Assembly: GCA_964016885.1 (NCBI GenBank)
Contig: OZ024754.1
Coordinates: 30,256,001-30,320,000 of the forward strand
DNA length: 64,000 nucleotides
Direction: 5' to 3'
DNA from: Eledone cirrhosa
Lineage: Eukaryota
Below the pieces are notes generated by a model, which was not told the origin of the DNA, ran no database searches, and worked only from the letters and a program-made list of their open reading frames with translations. A program made the translations under genes and the position numbers. Of the stretch, positions 38,890 to 51,400 are shown in pieces. Position 1 is the stretch's first letter. The number at the start of each line of letters is the position of its first letter.

Positions 38890-40286
38890 ACACACTGCCT
38901 CGGGACTAATACTTTATCAACTGTTTAACACTGCCTCAGGACTAATAATTTATCTATCAACTGTTTAACACTGCCACCAATACACTGCCTCAGAATTAAT
39001 ACTTTATCTATCAACTGTTTAACACTGCCACCAATACACTGCCTCAAGACTAATACTTTATCTATCAACTGTTTAACACTGCCACCAATACTCTGCCTCA
39101 GAATTAATACTTTATCTATCAACTGTTTAACACTGCCACCAATACACTGCCTCAAGACTAATAATTTATCTATCAACTGTTTAACACTGCCACCAATACA
39201 CTGCCTCAGAATTAATACTTTATCTATCAACTGTTTAACACTGCCACCAATACACTGCCTCAAGACTAATAATTTATCTATCAACTGTTTAACACTGCCA
39301 CCAATACACTGCCTCAGAATTAATACTTTATCTATCAACTGTTTAACACTGCCACCAATACACTGCCTCAGGACTAATACTTTATCTATCAACTGTTTAA
39401 CACTGCCACCAATACACTGCCTCAGAATTAATAATTTATCTATCAACTGTTTAACACTGCCACCAATACACTGCCTCAGAATTAATAATTTATCTATCAA
39501 CTGTTTAACACTGCCACCAATACACTGCCTCAGAATTAATAATTTATCTATCAACTGTTTAACACTGCCACCAATACACTGCCTCAGAATTAATAATTTA
39601 TCTATCAACTGTTTAACACTGCCTCAGGACTAATAATTTATCTATCAACTGTTTAACACTGCCACCAATACACTGCCTCAGAATTAATACTTTATCTATC
39701 AACTGTTTAACACTGCCACCAATACACTGCCTCAAGACTAATACTTTATCTATCAACTATTTAACACTGCCACCAATACACTGCCTCAGAATTAATAATT
39801 TATCTATCAACTGTTTAACACTGCCACCAATACAATGCCTCAGGATTAATACTTTATCAACTGTTTAACACTGCCACCAATACACTACCTCAGAATTAAT
39901 ACTTTATCTATCAACTGTTTAACACTACCACCAATACAATGCCTCAGGATTAATACTTTATCTATCAACTGTTTAACACTGCCACCAATACACTGCCTCA
40001 GAATAAATAATTTATCTATCAACTGTTTAACACTGCCACCAATACACTGCCTCAGAATTAATAATTTATCTATCAACTGTTTAACACTGCCACCAATACA
40101 CTGCCTCAGAATTAATAATTTATCTATCAACTGTTTAACACTGCCACCAATACACTGCCTCAGGATTAATACTTTATCAACTGTTTAACACTGCCACCAA
40201 TACACTGCCTCAGGATTAATACTTTATCAACTGTTTAACACTGCCACCAATACACTACCTCAGGACTAATACTTTATCTATCAACT
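38890..40286. repeat. 54-bp minisatellite, about 26 units
   Basis: Unit TATCTATCAACTGTTTAACACTGCCACCAATACACTGCCTCAGAATTAATAATT; 18-aa periodicity in the ORF track; some shortened units. Confidence 0.95.
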
Positions 40287-40871
40287 CTGAAAAGAGGAAA
40301 AGCAAAATTGACCTCAGTAGTATTTGTACTCAGAACATAATGATCCAGAAGAAATAAACCAATATTGAGGGCCTTTATTCTGGCGCTTTAACAACTCTAC
40401 CAGCTCACTGCTAAAAGAAGATGGTTAAGATAAATATTGTGCTTCAGGATAGCGAGTTGTTAGAAAGAAGTGCAAGGATTTCTGGGAAAAAATTATCTGC
40501 AATAGACTGGCATTCAGTCAAGAGATTTTTGGAAGCTAGCAGTAACCTGGCAGATCGCTCAGATTTGTGGAAAGATTAACTGATTCTTCGTCCTTTTCAT
40601 TCCCACCATATTTTTCAGAATCCATATTGTTGCTGTTGTCGTTTAGCCCCAGGTCGGACCTGAGTGTTCCAGCCTGTTTCATTATATATCCACGACTACT
40701 AATTTATCCAATGTATCCCCGTACCCAACCCTTTATCTTTTAAAACAGCAGAGTGGTGTGATATAGCTGCTAATTACAAATTAGATATATATCATATATA
40801 TATATTGTTATACTTTATATATATATATATCAGTGTGTGTATATATAAAATATATAATTTATATATATATA

Positions 40872-41450
40872 TCATCATCATCATCATCATCATCTTCGTT
40901 TAACGTCCATTTTCCACGCTAGCATGGGTTAGACGGCAGTTGTTCCATTTGAGGCAAGGTTGGTTGGGTGACCATGTCTCACTCATATAGGACTATCTGG
41001 CAGGTTTTCTACGGCTGGATGCCCTTCCTAACACCAACCACATTTACAGTGTGGAACTGGGAACTTTTTACCGTGTTACCTACACGACCACATTACAGCG
41101 TCGACTGTGTGTTTTTTCTCGTGACACCTACACGATCTCGATCTCATTATCTCATTTATTTGGACTGGATGTTGTGGTACCAACTTTATAGAGAGAGGGT
41201 GGTGTTGGTGGGAGTGGGAGGATAGGGTAGGGGTAGTGGATTGGGGTGTATATTTGGTTAAGAGGTGCCTACTGACTGTAGGTTTCGCTTTGTACATAAG
41301 CAAGGCGGGTCTTCTGTATTACTGCATAGTGCCAAAGATCTCGGTCCAGTGACATTGTCTTAGAGAGGTGCAAGTGTGTAAGGTTCGAATTTATCAGATC
41401 GTCCCAGGTTTTTCTGGGCCTACATACTCCGTAACTACCATGAATTTTTC

Positions 41451-41455
<5 letters not shown>
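40872..41455 (-). mobile_element. RTE family 1 3' end (ORF tail, UTR, (GAT)n)
   Basis: Collinear with 35615-36357 minus the SINE B insert. Confidence 0.9.
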
Positions 41456-41499
<44 letters not shown>

Positions 41500-41509
41500 T
41501 ATATATATG

Positions 41510-42670
41510 TGGGAATTCTTGAAAGTGAGAATTCTTGAAAGTGAACGTGCCGAAAGTGACAGATGAAATCTGTGGCTGGAGCAGACCTATTGGCAGGAGG
41601 AGAATAACTTGGTGGTGGAACAGTAAGGTGGAGGAGACAATCAAGGCCAAAAAGCAGGCTTGGAAAGTATCGCAGGAAGGGGGAAGTAGAGAACACTATC
41701 AAGTGGCCAGGAGAGAAGCTAGGAGACAAGTGTACCTTGCAAAAATGGAAGCAGAGGATAGAATGTTCAAGCATGTTCTACAACGTAAGGACCAAAAACG
41801 TGAGGTGTTCAGGATTACTAGACAATGTGTCAAGGAAAATCGTGATATTGTCGGGGAGAAGTGTGTCCATAATGATAATGGTGTTCTTGCCCTCACTGAT
41901 ACTGATAAGAAGGTAGCTTGGAAGTGTCACTACGAGAGACCATTATATGAGGAGAATAAATGGGAAAAAGATAGTCTGCCCCAAATCGATCCAATAGAAG
42001 GACCAGCGGTGCAAGTTAAAGGTAATATAATAAGTAAGGCAATCAAAGATATGAAGACAGGCAAGGCAGCTGGGCCTTCAGAGATAGTTGCTGAGATGTT
42101 GAAGGCATCTGGAATGGTGGGACATACTATGGTCACCCGTATAGTAAACCAAGTAATACAGAACGGGGTCATACCAAAAGACTGGCATAGCAGCATCATC
42201 ATTAACTGCTACAAGGGTAAAGGGGATGCTCTAGATAGGGGAAACTATAGAGGCATTAGGTTAGTTGACCAGGTCATGAAGGTCACAGAAAGAGTTATAG
42301 CGCAACTAATCAGAGAGCAAATTGATCTAGATTTGGGTTTGTGTCAGGTAAAAGTACCACAGACGTTCTTTACCTTGTACGACAACTACAGGAGAAGTAC
42401 CTAGCTAAAAGTAAACCCCTCTACTTAGCTTTTGTATACCTGGAGAAATCCTTTGACAGAATCCCTCGCTCCATTATCTGGTGGGCTCTTAGAAAACTAG
42501 GCTTGTGATAGCTATACAAGCCATGTATAAAGAAACAGTCAGTAAGGTTAGAATTAACAATGAATATTGTGAAGAATTTAGTGTAAAAGTTGGTGTTCAT
42601 CAAGGTTCTGTCCTTAGCCCCCTCCTATTTATTATTGCCCTTCAGGCTATAGCAGAGGAGTTTAAGACCG
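41510..42670 (+). mobile_element. RTE family 1 internal ORF fragment (linker and RT N-terminal half)
   Basis: ORF 41535-42404 with TWWWN, KAAGPSEIVAEMLK, YKGKGDALDRGNYRGI; continues frameshifted to GVHQGSVLSPLLF..EEFKT. Confidence 0.92.
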
Positions 42671-42856
42671 GAGTTTAAAACAAGACATCGATCCATAGCG
42701 TGCCCGTGGCCTTCTTTTCATCAAAAGGCCATGAGGGAAAGAAGTGATAGAGAAGAGAGAGGAAGAAAGAAACAAAAGGGAAAGAGGAAAAAAACGAAGT
42801 AAACATACCGAATAGAAGGGGGAACACAGGACAATGGCACATGTGTAACCGAGGAG

Positions 42857-42898
<42 letters not shown>

Positions 42899-42986
42899 CT
42901 TGATCACCTTGACTGACCAGTATATCGTATGGTCAGAAATTACGATTAACAATTAGTGGAGGCTTATATATATGTGTGCATGTATG

Positions 42987-43026
<40 letters not shown>

Positions 43027-43714
43027 CATACACACATATATATATACAGCTATACCTTGTATATATATTTAAACTTTAATCTGTTATTTTAATAAATATT
43101 TGCTCTACAGTTCTTATATATTTGATATATATTTTCCTTATCGAGCCCTCTTTGGATTTTAGTCTTCAATTTTATTATTATTACTATATATACAGTATAT
43201 ATACACAGCTATACCTTGTGTATATATCTATATATATACAGCTATTTCTTGTGTAAATATATATATATGTATGTATAGTAAGAATATTTTCGAAACAGCG
43301 GGTGGGCTTGAAATTATTATAAATGTAAGCTATCGCCGTATTTTGACTAAAGAAATTAAAGAAATTATTTTAGCCTGCTAGTGGGGTTAAGAACCCTCGG
43401 AGAAGTGGAAAAAGATGAGTATTGACGTACATGTACGTGAATACTCCAACAACAACAACAGTGGGAACATTAACAATGGGAACAATAACACCAACAGCAA
43501 CAACAATGGCAACCGCCCAGGATTCAATCTAAAGTATAAGTTTACAACAGCCAGCACTTAAAACTGGGAGGGAAAGATTAAAACATACATATTATATATA
43601 GTCATATTGCTTGAGTTACATCATATATATATATATATATATATATGGGTGTGTGTGTGTAATGTAATATAAGTCGCATGACTATAACAATTTCACAGTT
43701 ATATATATATATAC

Positions 43715-43745
<31 letters not shown>

Positions 43746-43960
43746 TACACAAACACATATATATGTGTATATAAATATGCATATATATATATGTATATAA
43801 GTCAATTCTAGTTTAAATGCCATCTATAATTACTACTCATAATTTCAAAACCTCTTCTGTAATATTTCTAAATATCTGTTGAAGCCAGAACGCCCTAAAT
43901 ACTCAGTAATAAAAACACAAGTAGTTGTTGAGACTAGACAACTGCTATATCAGTCATAGG

Positions 43961-44426
43961 CAGAGACATAACTAGGAAAAATAGTGCCTATGGCAAGCAG
44001 TGAAATTGCACCCTAGCCCAGCATTGTATTTTCACTTATGGGCCTAATAATTTATATAATGGTTTTATCCTTTCACATTTACAATACTCTATATTTACTA
44101 TTCTATTTTCATGGTAAAGGCTTTACTTTACATAATTACCTCACATAATATCGAATCTACGAAATTTTTATATTATTTATATGAGTGGCTGATTACGGAT
44201 GGTTTGAACAGAAAAAGGATGAGAGAATTCTGGCTAGATATGGCTGGTTTAAATGTTAAAGGGTTAATGATCCAACCACCGTAGTGATCTCACCCATGAT
44301 AATCAGACAGATCATACATCTGAAGGAGTTTCTTCTTTCACTCTTTGACGAGGCTTATTTGACTTTAATAGAACATGCTCCCAGTCCAAGAGGTGCCATG
44401 CTTACCATACCCTAGTTATGCCTGTG
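43961..44426. mobile_element. hAT-type MITE containing a nested piggyBac-like MITE (44068-44263)
   Basis: TIRs CAGAGACATAACTAGG and CCTAGTTATGCCTGTG; 8-bp TSD GTCATAGG/GTCATAGC. Confidence 0.78.
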
Positions 44427-45786
44427 GTCATAGCCATAGTGTGGCCTGTTTTGTTTTCTGAACAGCATGTCTAAATTTCAAAATGTCTTGAATTTTATAG
44501 TAGAATCTCCTGACTTAGGATGAAACATATCCTATGTGGACCACTGCTCAAAAAAGGTTGTCCATGCTTGCTCTATATGTTAGCTTGATCTGCTACCAAT
44601 AGCAGCCAAATCTCTCTTAGCCTTTCCTCTCCATATTTCTAATGAAATACACTGTATATGAATTAATGACATTCAGGATCTTTTTTTTTTTACAGGTAAT
44701 TGTATTTATATATTCCACTTTGTACATATAAACACAATTCACATAATAAATATAATGAATATGAAATATTCAAAAGAAACAAATCAATAGAAATCGATCA
44801 AAGAAAAAGAGAGCAGCATCATAAACGACTATAAAAGAGAGGAAAAGGAGGGAAAGAGCAAGGGTTATTAAGCAACAAAAGAAAAGGGGAAGGCGAGAGT
44901 GACAATTCTACACCTGCGTCTAAGTGGTATTTTGGCTGCAGGTAAATACTCTAATGACTCTATCAATTCAGCACCTTAATAAATATGCATGCATGGCCCC
45001 ATAACTCCTAAAGGAGTTGTTGGAGTGCTGTAGTGTCATACAGCATTTCTAGGACATTTTAAAACCTGGCAGAGCCCATCCAGGTCTGAATATTTAGATT
45101 TTCTTTGAGAGAAGGATAGGAATTGAGAGAAAAGAAGTGAGATAGAAGAAGAATTGATCCCAGTACTAGACTGGTACTTTTTTTTAATGATCTTAAATGG
45201 ATGAAAGGTAAAGGTGGCCTCAGCTGGATTTGAATTCAATGAGTAAAAAGCTGAAATAAATACAGCAAATCATTCTATCTGACTTCCTAATGACTCTGCC
45301 AAATCACTGCCTTATAGCTTAATAAAAATAAGAAGCACCAAAACTGCAAGGACAGCAGCACTACAATAAGTGATGACAAGACCAGAGTAAAGTGATGACA
45401 AGACTAGAGAAAAGTGATGACAATGTGACAGTATTATTATGGTGAACAGAAGATTTGTAAAGACAGCATTACAATAAGTGATGACAAGACCAGAGTAAAG
45501 TAAAGTGAGGACAGAGTTACAGTTATTATGCTGAACAGAAGATCTATAAGAATCGGTTCAAGTACCTCTTCTCTCTCCAATTTCAAATTGAAGCAGAGAA
45601 GGCAGTAGCTAGTAATTTGTGTTACTACTCTTAAGAAAGAAATAAACAAAGAGAAATTAGTACTTGAAAAAGGGAAGTTGAACTAAGATTTTGAAAGGAG
45701 ATAGGAGAAAACAGACTTATGAATAGAGAGAGGTAGAGTGATAGAGTGATAGATAGATAGATGGGTGGATAGATTAGATAGATATC

Positions 45787-46745
45787 TTTCTTTATTTGCC
45801 ACAGGGGCGTACAAAAATGGGACATTACAAGACGTGACGGCGGGGGTTTTACATAAAAATCATATAACTTTAACATTAATAAATAACAATAAACTATATA
45901 TAATAAAATAACAATTGAAATCCCCAATAGGGGGGGAGGAACGTTACTGCAGGGTTGTTTTACACCCCGTGGATAGAACAACCCTCAACACCAGGAACAC
46001 GTTTTGTAGGTGCTCCCGTCTTCCCTCTGTTCATCTTCCTCAACCTACAGGTTTATATACAGAGAAGGCCTATTCATTCGGGCCATTTTCGCCACATTCA
46101 TCCACCTTTCAGCGAATTTACTGGGTGTGTAGCACCTCTCTCTCCACTCTCACCTTCCTTCGGAAGTGATACTTAAAAAAGGGGATGAGTTGTTGCCCTC
46201 AGTCCTTTTAACCTCGTCCACCATATTACCTCTTTCGCCATAGTTACCAGACAGAGGAAAACTGCCTCTCCTTCATTCTTAAATGAAGGTGGCAGGTTGA
46301 TCCTCACGATGGACTCGGCTGACAACTGGATGCGTCCCACATGTGACAGTAGCTGTTCGATATAATTCCACAGGTCGGTCACCCCTGGGCACTGAACAAT
46401 TGCGTGCAGAACGATTTTGATGTCCTGCTTGCATCTTGGACAGGTCCTTTTGTCAGGATCTCTGCTAGGGCGTCCGTGCCTGTAGATTTTGTCTCAAACT
46501 GGTAGAGCTCCTTGGTACCGCTGCCAGGCCAGAGACCTCTGGAAGTTATCCATAGGCCCTGGACGGAAAGTCTTTCCAAACAGACTGGTCAGTTCGTCCT
46601 CCTCGATGCCTAGAGTTTCCCCTAGAACGTCGTCGCACTTATGCTCCACTAATCCCCTATAGAATGTTAAAGTGGTGTCTCTGCTGATTGCTGTTTCCGC
46701 TTGGTAGAGGGCTGTGAGTGCCTGAAGGCACTAGAGGTGCCAGGC
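45787..46745 (-). mobile_element. Tx1/L1-clade LINE 3' fragment, copy 1
   Basis: Homologous to copy 2 (AVFLCLVTMAKEVIWWTRLKG); AATAAA near the 3' end; (GATA)n flanks. Confidence 0.85.
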
Positions 46746-46767
46746 AGATAGGTAGATAGATAGATAT

Positions 46768-48207
46768 GTTTCTTTATTAGCCACAGGGGCACAAAAGAAG
46801 GGGACAAATACAAAGGGGGAAGTTTACATACCATAAAAACGTGTAAAATGTTATCACAAATGCAATTTAAAAAATTAGTCAATTTTCCTCAATAGGGGGA
46901 GACAGTTCATATGGGTAACACATACCCCCGAAAAAATGTGCAACCCTCATCTCCAGGAGTACGAGAGTTTGTACTCTTTTCCTCTCCTCCTCCTTTTCCT
47001 CAACCTACAGGCTGATATAGAGAGAAGGCCCATTCACTCGGGCCATTCTCGCCACTTTCACCCACCTTTCATAAAACTTGCTGGGGTAGCACCTCTCTCT
47101 CCATCCTGATTCTTCTTCCAAAGTGGTATTTGAAAAAAAGAATCAGTTGTTGGCCGGAGAGAAAGGTGTCTGACCTCAGCCCTTTCAACCTTGTCCACCA
47201 TACAACCTCTTTCGCCATAGCTATCACACAAAAGAAAACCACCTCTCCTTCGTTTTTGAAGGAGGGTGGGGGTTTGATCATGACAATGGACTCGGTGGTC
47301 AACCGGATTGGTCCCACCCACGACAATAGTCATTCTACATAGCCCCACAGGTCAGTGATGCCTGGGCAGTGTATGAATGCGTGCGCGACGGTTTCTTCAT
47401 TACGCACGCACCTCGGACAGATCTTTTTTGCAGGGTCCCTGCCCGGACGCCCATGTCTGTAGAGCTTGTCTCGAACTGGTAGAGCTCCTCGGTAGCACTT
47501 CCAGGCCAGGGACTTTTGGAAGTTGTCCATTGGTCCTGGGCGGAAGGTCCTACTGAACAGACTGGCCAGTTCATCTTCCTCTATGCCTAGAGTTTCACCG
47601 AGCGCGTCGTCACACTTGCTGCAGATCAACCCTCTATAGAATGCCGAAGTGGAGTCTCCACTGATCGCCGGGTCCGCCTGCCAGAGGGCTGTGAGCACCT
47701 GAGCACATTCGATGTGCCAGTCGCCCATTTTCCTCAGCATTTGCTTGACCCAGGACTGCAGCTTGGTCAGCGAGACGAGTTGTGGGAAGGCTCGCCTCAT
47801 GAACGGGGCCCACACCGGTTGTCCGGTGAGGAATACGTAGAGATGCCACAGCCTGAGCGCGTGTTTGCGCATCATCAACCACGGCATCCCCAGCCCTCCG
47901 TTAGAAGGGTGTTGGCAGCAGATGGATCTTCTCACCAAAGGAGCCGGCCTCTTCCAAAGGAATTGGAAGAGCGCGCACTCCATTTTGGCGAGCGTTTTGG
48001 CTGGACAAGGCACGACGGTCAAGCGGTAGTAGATGGCGGACGCTATAAAAGTGTTCGCCACCTCCGCTTGACCTTTCAAGGATAGTTTGCACTCGGCCCA
48101 CTTCTGGGTGAGTGCAAACACCTTGGCCGTCACTTCGTTCCAGTTCTTCTCCACCTGGAGGTCTGGACCAAACCAGACCCCGAGCAGCTTTACCGGTCCT
48201 TCCGTCC
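46768..48207 (-). mobile_element. Tx1/L1-clade LINE 3' fragment, copy 2 (ORF2 C-terminus with zf-RVT-type knuckle)
   Basis: ORF 47330-48154: LSLKGQAEVAN, FQFLWK, NGGLGMP, CPRC..EETVAHAFIHC; (GATA)n flanks. Confidence 0.9.
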
Positions 48208-48242
48208 AGATAGATAAATAAATAGATAGATAGATAGATATA

Positions 48243-48288
48243 TTTCTTTATTTGCCACAAGGGCGCACAAGAAAAGGGGACAATACAT
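48243..48288 (-). mobile_element. Tx1/L1-clade LINE extreme 3' stub, copy 3
   Basis: TTCTTTATTTGCCACAAGGGCGCACAAGAAAAGGGGACA matches the 3' termini of copies 1 and 2. Confidence 0.75.
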
Positions 48289-48296
48289 AGATAGAC

Positions 48297-48330
<34 letters not shown>

Positions 48331-48490
48331 GTAGGTAGGTGAAGGGAGGAGAAAATGAATGCAATAGAAAGTAGAAAGAGAGAGAATGGAAAAGAGAGGG
48401 AGGAAGTACAAATTAAAAAATTTCTAGGGTTCCAATTATCTATGATCTTTTGGATCAGAGAGTTCCTGTCATATTGGGTCCTGGTTGGTA

Positions 48491-51400
48491 TCAGCTACCT
48501 AAGACCTCTCTCTCATTCCCACTGATGTCAGTTGATTAAGGTCTCTCTCTCATTCCCACTGATGTCAGCTGACTAAGGTCTCTCTCTCATTCCCACTGAT
48601 GTCAGCTGACTAAGGTCTCTCTCTCATTCCCACTGATGTCAGCTGACTAAGGTCTCTCTCTCATTCCCACTGATGTCAGCTGACTAAGGTCTCTCCCTCA
48701 TTCCCACTGATGTCAGCTGACTAAGGTCTCTCTCTCATTCCCACTGATGTCAGCTGACTAAGGTCTCTCTCTCATTCCCACTGATGTCAGCTGACTAAGG
48801 TCTCTCTCTCATTCCCACTGATGTCAGTTGATTAAGGTCTCTCTCTCATTCCCACTGATGTCAGTTGATTAAGGTCTCTCTCTCATTCCCACTGATGTCA
48901 GCTGACTAAGGTCTCTCTCTCATTCCCACTGATGTCAGTTGATTAAGGTCTCTCTCTCATTCTCACTGATGTCAGCTGACTAAGGTCTCTCTCTCATTCC
49001 CACTGATGTCAGCTGACTAAGGCCTCTCTCACATTCCCACTGATGTCAGCTGACTAAGGTCTCTCTCTCATTCCCACTGATGTCAGCTGACTAAGGTCTC
49101 TCTCTCATTCCCACTGATGTCAGCTGACTAAGGTCTCTCTCTCATTCCCACTGATGTCAGCTGACTAAGGCCTCTCTCTGATTCCCACTGATGTCAGCTG
49201 ACTAAGGCCTCTCTCTCATTCCCACTGATGTCAGCTGACTAAGGTCTCTCTCTCATTCCCACTGATGTCAGCTGACTAAGGCCTTTCTCTCATTCCAACT
49301 GATGTCAGCTGACTAAGGCCTCTCTCTCATTCCCACTGATGTCAGCTGACTAAGACCTCTCTCTCATTCCCACTGATGTCAGCTGACTAAGGCCTCTCTC
49401 TCATTCCCACTGATGTCAGCTGACTAAGGCCTTTCTCTCATTCCACTGATGTCAGCTGACTAAGGTCTCTCTCTCATTCCCACTGATGTCAGCTGACTAA
49501 GGTCTCTGTCTCATTCCCACTGATGTCAGCTGACTAACGCCTTTCTCTCATTCCCACTGATGTCAGCTGACTAAGGTCACCCTCTCATTCCCACTGATGT
49601 CAGCTGACTAAGGTCTCTCTCTCATTCCCACTGATGTCAGCTGACTAAGGTCTCTCTCTCATTCCCACTGATGTCAGCTGACTAAGGCCTTTCTCTCATT
49701 CCACTGATGTCAGCTGACTAAGGTCTCTCTCTCATTCCCACTGATGTCAGCTGACTAACGCCTTTCTCTCATTCCCACTGATGTCAGCTGACTAAGGTCA
49801 CCCTCTCATTCCCACTGATGTCAGCTGACTAAGGTCTCTCTCTCATTCCCACTGATGTCAGCTGACTAAGGTCTCTCTCTCATTCCCACTGATGTCAGCT
49901 GACTAAGGCCTTTCTCTCATTCCCACTGATGTTAGCTGACTAAGGCCTTTCTCTCATTCCCACTGATGTTAGCTGACTAAGACCTCTCTCTCATTCCCAC
50001 TGATGTCAGCTGACTAAGTCCTCTCTCTCATTCCCACTGATGTCAGCTGACTAAGGTCTCTCTCTCATTCCCACTGATGTCAGCTGACTAAGGTCTCTCT
50101 CTCATTCCCACTGATGTCAGCTGACTAAGGCCTTTCTCTCATTCCCACTGATGTTAGCTGACTAAGTCCTCTCTCTCATTCCCACTGATGTCAGCTGACT
50201 AAGGCCTTTCTCTCATTCCCACTGATGTCAGCTGACTAAGGCCTTTCTCTCATTCCCACTGATGTCAGCTGACTAAGGTCTCTCTCTCATTCCCACTGAT
50301 GTCAGCTGACTAAGGTCTCTCTCTCATTCCCACTGATGTCAGCTGACTAAGGCCTTTCTCTCATTCCCACTGATGTTAGCTGACTAAGTCCTCTCTCTCA
50401 TTCCCACTGATGTCAGCTGACTAAGGCCTTTCTCTCATTCCCACTGATGTCAGCTGACTAAGGCCTTTCTCTCATTCCCACTGATGTCAGCTGACTAAGG
50501 TCTCTCTCTCATTCCCACTGATGTCAGCTGACTAAGGCCTCTCTCTCATTCCCACTGATGTCAGCTGACTAAGGCCTTTCCCTCATTCCCACTGATGTCA
50601 GCTGACTAAGGTCTCTCTCTCATTCCCACTGATGTCAGCTGACTAAGGCCTTTCTCTCATTCCCACTGATGTCAGCTGACTAAGGTCTCTCTCTCATTCC
50701 CACTGATGTCAGCTGACTAAGGCCTTTCTCTCATTCCCACTGATGTCAGCTGACTAAGGTCTCTCTCTCATTCCCACTGATGTCAGCTGACTAAGGTCTC
50801 TCTCTCATTCCCACTGAAGTCAGCTGACTAAGGTCTCTCTCTCATTCCCACTGATGTCAGCTGACTAAGGTCTCTCTCTCATTCCCACTGATGTCAGCTG
50901 ACTAAGGCCTCTCTCTCATTCCCACTGATGTCAGCTGACTAAGGCCTTTCTCTCATTCCCACTGATGTCAGCTGACTAAGGTCTCTCTCTCATTCCCACT
51001 GATGTCAGCTGACTAAGGCCTTTCTCTCATTCCCACTGATGTCAGCTGACTAAGGTCTCTCTCTCATTCCCACTGATGTCAGCTGACTAAGGCCTTTCTC
51101 TCATTCCCACTGATGTCAGCTGACTAAGGTCTCTCTCTCATTCCCACTGATGTCAGCTGACTAAGGCCTCTCTCTCATTCCCACTGATGTCAGCTGACTA
51201 AGGCCTTTCTCTCATTCCCACTGATGTCGGCTGACTAAGTTCTCTCTCTCATTCCCACTGATGTCAGCTGACTAAGGTCTCTCTCTCATTCCCACTGATG
51301 TCAGCTGACTAATGTCTCTCTCTCATTCCCACTGATGTCAGCTGACTAAGGCCTTTCTTTCATTCCCACTGATATCAGCTGACTAAGGTCTCTCTCTCAT

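Noticed and set aside
38925-40130. 227-aa and 81-aa repeat-protein ORFs
   Set aside because: Arise from a 54-bp unit divisible by three; the frame is broken by shortened units; no ATG start or splice evidence
48520-48600. CTGATG in the satellite monomer as a hammerhead core
   Set aside because: Reads CTGATGT rather than CTGANGA, and there is no downstream GAAA on that strand
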